Of a stretch of 56,606 nucleotides of DNA, positions 19,015-25,866 are shown in pieces; the first letter of the stretch is position 1, and the number at the start of each line of letters is the position of its first letter. The notes beneath the pieces are model-generated. The model ran no database searches. It was not told where the DNA came from and saw only the letters and a list, made by a program, of their open reading frames with translations. A program made the position numbers and the translations under genes. The stretch is from the NCBI GenBank assembly GCA_046727435.1, contig JBKPCR010000333.1, positions 1 through 56,606 on the forward strand, read 5' to 3'. The stretch comes from a bacterium. GTDB lineage: Bacteria > Tectomicrobia > Entotheonellia > J063 > CAVPRW01.

Positions 19015-21636
19015 ATGGCCGCTGATACCCCGGTGATGCAACAGTATCGGCAACTGAAACAGCAATACCCCGATGCCATTCTCCTATTTCGGATGGGCGA
19101 TTTCTATGAGATGTTCTTCGAGGATGCCTGCTTAGCGGCGCCAATCCTCGAAATCGCATTGACGGCACGCGATAAGTCACACCCTCACCCTGTCCCTATG
19201 TGCGGCGTGCCCTACCATGCGGTCGACAGCTATATCGACCGTCTGCTCAAACACGGCCTGAAAGTAGCGATCTGCGAGCAATTGGAGGACCCTAAGGCCG
19301 CCACGGGGCTGGTCAAACGCGACGTCGTACGGGTGGTGACACCGGGTGCCATCATGCAGTCGACGGCGTTGATCGGCAACGAGAACAATTTCCTCGCCGG
19401 GTTATGCGGAGCGCACGAGGGGCTAGGGTTGGCCTTGGTCGATGTGTCGACCGGCGAGTTCAAGCTCACTGAGTTCATCGGCGAACAGGCCAACCGCAGA
19501 GCGGCTGACGAACTGCAGCGGCTGCTGCCACGGGAACTGCTCATACCGACCTCTTGGGGCGCCCAGGCGACGGCCTTGCCTGGCATTGAGGTCCCACCAT
19601 GGCAGGTCACACCACGTGACGATTGGCGATTTGATGCCGAACTTGCTTACCAGCGCCTGACACAACACTTTGGCACGCATTCGCTGGAGGGCTTTGGGTG
19701 CGAGGCAGCGACCTTAGCGGTGACGGCGGCAGGCGTGGTCCTTGAGTATCTGCAGGAGACGCAGCGCGCTGCCTTGACCCATATCCAGGGATTGTCCCGC
19801 TACTATGTTGATGATTTTATGGCCCTGGATGCCACTACCCAGCGCCACCTTGAGTTAGTGCGCAGCGCGGTAGACGCAACGCGGGATGGCACGGTACTTG
19901 ACCTCCTGGATCAGACGGTGACCGCGATGGGGGGGCGTCTGCTCCGAGGCTGGCTCCTTGAGCCATTGCTGCAGGTGGATGCCATTCGGCAACGACAGGC
20001 CGCAGTGGCGGAGCTAGTGGTAGGCTGGATGGTGCGTGAGGAGGCGCGTGAACTTCTGAAAGAGATTGCCGATATCGAGCGCATCGTCGGGCGGGTGAAC
20101 CTGGGGTTAGCTTCCCCGCGCGACCTGTGGGCCCTCCGGCAGTCGCTGCAGTCCCTCCCCCGTTTGGTCGACGTGATCACGGCGCTGAACGCCGATGCTT
20201 TGCAGCCGTATGTGAACGACTGGGAGACGCTGACGGATATCTACGATGATCTGGCCTGTGCCTTGAGCGACGACGCGGCGCATGCCACGCAGGTGGGTGA
20301 TGTCTTTCAGCCTGGCTACCATGCCGAACTGGACGAACTGCGGCAACTGCGTACCGATAGTCGAGGATTTTTAGCCGCCCTCGAGGCGAAAGAACGCGAA
20401 CGGACGGGCATCCCAGGGTTACGACTGCACTATAATCGGGTCTTCGGCTACTATATCGAAATCTCCAAGCGGGCCCTGCACCTGGTCCCCCCCGAGTATG
20501 AACGCCGTCAGACCTTAGTCAACGCCGAACGTTTTATCACGGCCGAGCTGAAAGTGCACGAGGAGCGCATCCTCGGAGCCGAGGAACGCATCGCAGCGTT
20601 GGCGCAGGAGCTGTTTCAGGCATTACAAGCCAGCGTAGCGCGGCAAACACGACGCCTGCAGGCGATGGCCCGGACGATCGCCGCTCTGGATGTCGTGATG
20701 AGCTTCGCCGCCGTGGCGCAGCGCCACGGCTATACGCGTCCAGAGATGGATGCAGGCGAGGTAATCGATATTAAGGCCGGGCGCCATCCGATCCTGGAAC
20801 GGAGCGGCGAGGGGAGGGGATTTATCCCCAACGATACCTACCTCGATCGATCCGAGCAGCGAGTCCTGATCCTCACGGGGCCGAACATGGCCGGCAAATC
20901 GACCTACCTGCGTCAGGTGGCGCTGATCGTGTTGTTGGCGCAGATCGGCAGCTTTGTGCCAGCCGAGCGGGCGCGCATCGGGGTGGTGGATCGCATCTTC
21001 ACGCGCATTGGGGCGCAAGATCACCTGCAGCGGGGCCATAGCACCTTCATGGTCGAGATGCACGAAACTGCCAATATCCTGCATAATGCTACGTCGCACA
21101 GCCTGTTGATCCTGGATGAAATCGGGCGCGGTACCAGTACCTACGATGGGCTAAGCATCGCCTGGGCGGTTATCGAACATATCACCCGCGCCGTGCGCGC
21201 CCGCACCCTGTGTGCCACGCACTACCACGAACTGGCCGAATTGGAGGTGCTGCATAGCGGCGTGAAGAACTACCACGTGGCGGTGCGCGAAACCCCTGAC
21301 GGCATCGCGTTTCTGCGGGTGCTTTTGCCCGGGAGCGTGAACCGTAGCTATGGCATTCAGGTGGCGCGTCTGGCGGGGCTGCCCACCGCCGTCGTCGAGC
21401 GTGCGATGCAGGTGCTCGATCAGTTAACGAAGCAGGGCACGACCCCTACACATGGGAAGCGTCGCAACAGCATGCAGGCTTTGCCCGATCCTAGCGCGCA
21501 GTTGTCGCTGTTTGAAATGCCGGGGCATCCGATCCTCGACCAACTGAGGAGTCTCGATATCACACGATTGACTCCCATCGAGGCTCTGACCACCATGCAT
21601 CGATGGCAGGAGATGATCAACAGTCCTGAGTCCTGA
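19015..21636 (+). CDS. mutS: DNA mismatch repair protein MutS
   Basis: N-terminal TPVMQQYRQLKQQYPDAILLFRMGDFYEMF, Walker A GPNMAGKSTYLRQ, and LILDEIGRGTSTYDG. Confidence 0.97.
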   Translation: MAADTPVMQQYRQLKQQYPDAILLFRMGDFYEMFFEDACLAAPILEIALTARDKSHPHPVPMCGVPYHAVDSYIDRLLKHGLKVAICEQLEDPKAATGLVKRDVVRVVTPGAIMQSTALIGNENNFLAGLCGAHEGLGLALVDVSTGEFKLTEFIGEQANRRAADELQRLLPRELLIPTSWGAQATALPGIEVPPWQVTPRDDWRFDAELAYQRLTQHFGTHSLEGFGCEAATLAVTAAGVVLEYLQETQRAALTHIQGLSRYYVDDFMALDATTQRHLELVRSAVDATRDGTVLDLLDQTVTAMGGRLLRGWLLEPLLQVDAIRQRQAAVAELVVGWMVREEARELLKEIADIERIVGRVNLGLASPRDLWALRQSLQSLPRLVDVITALNADALQPYVNDWETLTDIYDDLACALSDDAAHATQVGDVFQPGYHAELDELRQLRTDSRGFLAALEAKERERTGIPGLRLHYNRVFGYYIEISKRALHLVPPEYERRQTLVNAERFITAELKVHEERILGAEERIAALAQELFQALQASVARQTRRLQAMARTIAALDVVMSFAAVAQRHGYTRPEMDAGEVIDIKAGRHPILERSGEGRGFIPNDTYLDRSEQRVLILTGPNMAGKSTYLRQVALIVLLAQIGSFVPAERARIGVVDRIFTRIGAQDHLQRGHSTFMVEMHETANILHNATSHSLLILDEIGRGTSTYDGLSIAWAVIEHITRAVRARTLCATHYHELAELEVLHSGVKNYHVAVRETPDGIAFLRVLLPGSVNRSYGIQVARLAGLPTAVVERAMQVLDQLTKQGTTPTHGKRRNSMQALPDPSAQLSLFEMPGHPILDQLRSLDITRLTPIEALTTMHRWQEMINSPES

Positions 21637-21710
21637 GTCGCGAGCAAGTGAGATATCCTGTCTTTTCCTTAGCACTCCGCACTCAGGAGCACTCCGCACT
21701 CAGGACTCAG
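21624..21710. repeat. Heptamer/17-mer repeat array spanning the mutS stop and the epimerase 5' region
   Basis: TCCTGAG x2 (21624-21637). A perfect 17-bp tandem repeat GCACTCCGCACTCAGGA x2 (21672-21705). A 13-bp inverted repeat CTGAGTCCTGAGT (21626-21638) / ACTCAGGACTCAG (21698-21710). Confidence 0.9.
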
Positions 21711-21729
21711 CGGTTGAAAGGAGAGATGT

Positions 21730-22668
21730 ATGAAAGTTCTTGTGACCGGTGGTGCGGGATTCATCGGCTCGCACGTGACCGATCGGCTCATCGACTCCGG
21801 GGTAGAAGTCGTAGTGCTGGACAACCTTGCCTCGGGAAGGCGTGAGTCAATACACCCACGGGCACGCCTGTGTGAAGCGGACATCTGCGGGGAAAGCATC
21901 CGCACACTCATGGAACAGGAGCGCTTCGATTGCGTCGATCATCATGCGGCGCAGATGAATGTCCGGCGCTCGGTCGATGATCCGGTCTTCGACGCCCGCG
22001 TGAACATTCTCGGCTCGTTGAATCTCCTGCAGGCGGCGGTGGCGACTGGCGTCAAGAAATTCGTCTTCGCCTCGACGGGCGGCGCGATCTACGGCGAGCA
22101 ACTCACCTTCCCAGCCGATGAATCGCACCAGACCTGCCCAATGAGTCCCTATGGCGTCGCCAAGTTAGCGGTGGAGAAATATCTCGCCTTCTACGAAGCG
22201 GTCTACGGCCTGCCCTATACCGTGTTGCGCTATGCCAATGTCTATGGCCCCCGGCAGGATCCCCATGGAGAAGCCGGTGTGGTGGCAATTTTCAGCCAGC
22301 GCCTGCTGGCGCATGAACCGGCGATGATCAATGGCGATGGGGAACAAACACGCGACTTTGTCTATGTGGAAGATGTGGTACAGGCTAACGTGCTGGCCGT
22401 GACTACCGATCTCCGCGGCACATACAATGTCGGCACCGGGATCGAGACCTCGGTGAACGTCCTGTACGCCTATGTAGCCAAGCATGCCTGCTCCACGCAG
22501 GTTCCCCATCATGGACCACCAAAGGCTGGGGAGCAGCATCGTAGTGTCCTGGACAGTCGCAAGCTCCAGGGCGCCACGAACTGGACGCCAACCGTCTTAT
22601 TGGACGAGGGGTTACAGCGTACGGTAGCCTTCTTCGCCGAGTCAGGGTTGCGACGAAAAACCACTTGA
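21730..22668 (+). CDS. NAD-dependent nucleotide-sugar epimerase/dehydratase (extended SDR, GalE-like)
   Basis: GGAGFIGSH Rossmann motif and catalytic SPYGVAKLAVEKY (YxxxK), in 312 aa. SD AAAGGAGAG. Confidence 0.85.
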   Translation: MKVLVTGGAGFIGSHVTDRLIDSGVEVVVLDNLASGRRESIHPRARLCEADICGESIRTLMEQERFDCVDHHAAQMNVRRSVDDPVFDARVNILGSLNLLQAAVATGVKKFVFASTGGAIYGEQLTFPADESHQTCPMSPYGVAKLAVEKYLAFYEAVYGLPYTVLRYANVYGPRQDPHGEAGVVAIFSQRLLAHEPAMINGDGEQTRDFVYVEDVVQANVLAVTTDLRGTYNVGTGIETSVNVLYAYVAKHACSTQVPHHGPPKAGEQHRSVLDSRKLQGATNWTPTVLLDEGLQRTVAFFAESGLRRKTT

Positions 22669-22669
22669 T

Positions 22670-22698
22670 TTGACATCAGGCATTAGGTATGTTACACG
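22670..22698 (+). promoter_or_regulatory. Possible promoter of the DUF4390-ntrY operon (perfect -35, weak -10)
   Basis: TTGACA (22670-22675), 17-nt spacer, TACACG (22693-22698). It begins 1 nt after the epimerase TGA (22666-22668). Confidence 0.25.
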
Positions 22699-22897
22699 CC
22701 AGAAAAATCTCGCTAGTAGCGCCTCCCGTGCCATTCCTGGCGTGGGGGAGGGAAGAGCAAGGGATGGTGTGAGCCCCAGCTCACAGTGTAGGCCAGCTTC
22801 GCCAAGAGGTGAAACGCGGCTAAACAAGGGAAAGCAGACGCGTGGTAGTATCTGACCCAGACCACCGTAGACCGCGGTTTGGGAGAGCGGAGTCACG

Positions 22898-23497
22898 ATG
22901 ATCCGAATCCTCCTCCGCTGTTTCAGCGTCCTCCTTCCCAGCTGGGCGATGCTTGCAGCACCCGTTTGGGGGCAGCCGCAGCGGCCGCTTTTGCATGAGT
23001 TGGTGCTGACGCACACAGATCATGAGGTGCTCCTGCACATCGACTTACAGGGGGGATTTCAGCACGAGATCCTGGAGGCCATCGCAACTGGTATCCCGAT
23101 CACGGTCACCTATCACATGAGGTTGTATCGCAAACGGGGTTTGTGGTTCGATGAAGAGGTCCTCTCGAAGACCATTAAACATATTGTCAAATACGACGCC
23201 TTGAAAAAGCAGTACCATGTCAGTGAGATTAATGGGCTGTTTTCCAGCATAAAGGTGACCAAACACGAGCCCACCATGGTACGCTGGATGAGCGCCATTG
23301 AGGGGCAGCCGCTGATCCCTTTTCATCTCCTGCAACCGGGTGAAGAGTATTATGTAAAGGCGATGGCTGATTTGAGGGCGGTGAAGTCACCCTTTCCTCT
23401 CAGTCATATGCCGTTTGTCGCCAGTCTTTGGGATACGGGAACTCCCTGGACCGCGTCGAGTCCTTTCAGCATTAGCTCCCCCCCTTCACAACGCTAG
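22898..23497 (+). CDS. DUF4390-like exported protein (usual partner of NtrY/NtrX)
   Basis: Signal peptide MIRILLRCFSVLLPSWAMLAAPVWG. The core ITVTYHMRLYRKRGLWFDEEV...KYDALKKQYHV matches my memory of the DUF4390 pattern. It sits directly upstream of an NtrY-type kinase. Confidence 0.65.
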   Translation: MIRILLRCFSVLLPSWAMLAAPVWGQPQRPLLHELVLTHTDHEVLLHIDLQGGFQHEILEAIATGIPITVTYHMRLYRKRGLWFDEEVLSKTIKHIVKYDALKKQYHVSEINGLFSSIKVTKHEPTMVRWMSAIEGQPLIPFHLLQPGEEYYVKAMADLRAVKSPFPLSHMPFVASLWDTGTPWTASSPFSISSPPSQR

Positions 23498-23602
23498 GGA
23501 TCTATGGCCTGAGAGCAGCCTCCACGCCTCAGGAGGTGCGGTGTGTTGAGACGTGTATCGTGCGTCTGCTGCAAGTACCAGGCATACCTGTAGGAACCTC
23601 GC

Positions 23603-25843
23603 ATGCGCTATGCCAGTGATCAACCACGCATTGATGGGACAGCGCCAACCCCTGAGGAGCAGCGTCGCCACCGCCTGCGAAATTTTTGGACCTTCCTGGG
23701 CGTGACGTGTCTGCTCATCGCGCTGACGGGGGCGGAATTATATGTCCAGGGCCTCCACCGCGTCCTGCCCCTGGCCAACAATATTGTGATATTCGCCATC
23801 GTCAATCTGAACATAATCCTATTGCTGGCGTTAGTGCTCTTGGTCCTGCGCAACCTGGTCAAGCTGTACTATGAGCGGCGCGGCAAGATCATCGGGTCGC
23901 GGTTCCGGACGAAACTGGTCATCGCGTTTTTCGGTCTGTCCCTGACCCCATGCGTGCTCTTGGTGCTAGTGGCGAGCGGCCTGATCACCAAAAGCATCAA
24001 CAACTGGTTTAATGTGAGTATCGAGCGTTCGCTGGAAGATTCGCTGGAAGTGTCTCGCAATTATTACCGCCTGCTTGAGCAGGATGCTCTGCACTTCGGC
24101 GAGCAACTCCGCACAGTTCTTCTGGGGAAGGATCTGTTACGGAACGACCGAGCGCCGGCGCTGACAAAGTTGCTAGAGGAGAAGCGCCGGGAGTATCAAT
24201 TGAGCGCGCTCCAGGTCTTCGGCGCCAACCTTCAGGAATTGGCCGGTGCCGGGGGGCAAGTCGCGGGTGAACGGTTGACCACCGCCCAGGCCGACCTGCT
24301 CCGCCGACGTTCGACCGATGCGAGTACGGAAATCCAATCCGCTGGCAGGGGGGAGGTGATTCGCGGCATTGTGCCCATCGTGGCGCAGGGAGGTGTGGCG
24401 CCCCTGGCCTGGATTGTGCTGACGTACCATGTGCCGGAGAGCCTGGTGGCCAAGATGGGGGACATCGCCGAGGCGTTTGAGCAATACAAACAGTTGAAAA
24501 TCCTCAAGGCACCGATCAAGACCAGCTATCTCATCACGCTCCTGATGGTGGCGTTGCTGGTGATCTTTTGCGCCATTTGGTTTGGCCTCTATCTGGCGAA
24601 AGGGATTACGGTGCCCATTCAACATCTGGTTGAAGGGACACGTGCGGTGGCAGATGGCAACCTGGATTTCCGCGTCACCGCCACCAGCGACGATGAAATA
24701 GGTTGGCTCGTCCATTCCTTTAACCAGATGACCGACGATTTGCGCACCAGCAAGATGGCGCTTGAAGAGGCCAATGCGGAGCTCAAGGAGAGTAATCAGG
24801 AACTGGAGGCGCGCCGCAACTACATGGCAACAGTCCTCGAAAATGTGGCGGCGGGAGTGCTGTCACTCGACAAGCACGGCCGGGTGTCGACGATGAATCG
24901 CTCGGCCCAGGTGATGCTCGGCATCGACGCCCAAGCGGCCCTCGGGCGGGTGTATCGCCATGTGTTCAGCGCCGCCCATCTGGATTCCATGCGCGGGCTC
25001 ATGAAACGCATGGCGAGCAGCCGCCGTGAGAGCATCGCCGACCAAATTCAGTTGCTCGTGGGGGGCCGCGTGTTGATCCTTCTGGTGAACATCTCCTTGC
25101 TCCGAGACAGCGATAGCCACTACCTCGGGATGGTATTGGTGTTCGATGATTTGACCGAATTGATACGAGTGCAGAAACTCGCGGCCTGGCGTGATGTAGC
25201 CCAGGGCATCGCGCATGAAATCAAGAACCCCTTGACCCCTATCCAGCTCTCGGCGCAGCGGTTACGGCGGAAGTATCGCGAGCACTCAGGCGATTTCGAT
25301 GAGGTCTTCGACGAATGTACCCATACGATTATCACCCAGGTGGAAGGCCTCAAGGGGTTGCTCGACGAGTTTTCGGCGTTTGCGCGCATGCCAGAGTCGA
25401 ATCCGACCCCGACGGAGTTGCAGCCACTCATGGAGGAAGTGCTACAATTATATCGCGGAGCTCACCGTGACATCGAGCTGACGTTGTCCTGTGATCCTGC
25501 AGTCGCCAAGGTCAACGTGGATGGGGAGCAGATGAAGCGGGCGCTGATCAACTTGGTGGAAAACGCGATTGAGGCCATGAATGGCCGGGGGCGAGTGGAC
25601 ATCGTCACCAGTTTCGATGGGCGTCAGCAGTGCGTGTGCCTTGAAGTGCGTGACACCGGTGCGGGTATTCCGCCGCAGGTGCGTGACAAGCTGTTTTTAC
25701 CCTATTTCACGACCAAAAAGGGGGGATCAGGCTTGGGGCTCGCGCTTGTCAATCGCATTGTCGCCGACCACGGCGGGCGCATCTCCGTCCGGGATAACAC
25801 CCCGCGAGGCAGCATCTTCGCGATCGAGCTACCGGTAGTGTGA
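23603..25843 (+). CDS. ntrY: NtrY-type sensor histidine kinase (multi-TM, HAMP, PAS, HisKA, HATPase)
   Basis: H-box IAHEIKNPLTPIQLSAQRL, N-box NLVENAIEA, G-boxes DTGAGI and GGSGLGLALV, a HAMP segment and a PAS segment. Confidence 0.85.
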   Translation: MRYASDQPRIDGTAPTPEEQRRHRLRNFWTFLGVTCLLIALTGAELYVQGLHRVLPLANNIVIFAIVNLNIILLLALVLLVLRNLVKLYYERRGKIIGSRFRTKLVIAFFGLSLTPCVLLVLVASGLITKSINNWFNVSIERSLEDSLEVSRNYYRLLEQDALHFGEQLRTVLLGKDLLRNDRAPALTKLLEEKRREYQLSALQVFGANLQELAGAGGQVAGERLTTAQADLLRRRSTDASTEIQSAGRGEVIRGIVPIVAQGGVAPLAWIVLTYHVPESLVAKMGDIAEAFEQYKQLKILKAPIKTSYLITLLMVALLVIFCAIWFGLYLAKGITVPIQHLVEGTRAVADGNLDFRVTATSDDEIGWLVHSFNQMTDDLRTSKMALEEANAELKESNQELEARRNYMATVLENVAAGVLSLDKHGRVSTMNRSAQVMLGIDAQAALGRVYRHVFSAAHLDSMRGLMKRMASSRRESIADQIQLLVGGRVLILLVNISLLRDSDSHYLGMVLVFDDLTELIRVQKLAAWRDVAQGIAHEIKNPLTPIQLSAQRLRRKYREHSGDFDEVFDECTHTIITQVEGLKGLLDEFSAFARMPESNPTPTELQPLMEEVLQLYRGAHRDIELTLSCDPAVAKVNVDGEQMKRALINLVENAIEAMNGRGRVDIVTSFDGRQQCVCLEVRDTGAGIPPQVRDKLFLPYFTTKKGGSGLGLALVNRIVADHGGRISVRDNTPRGSIFAIELPVV

Positions 25844-25866
25844 GGGACGTCGAGGAAAGGACGAGC

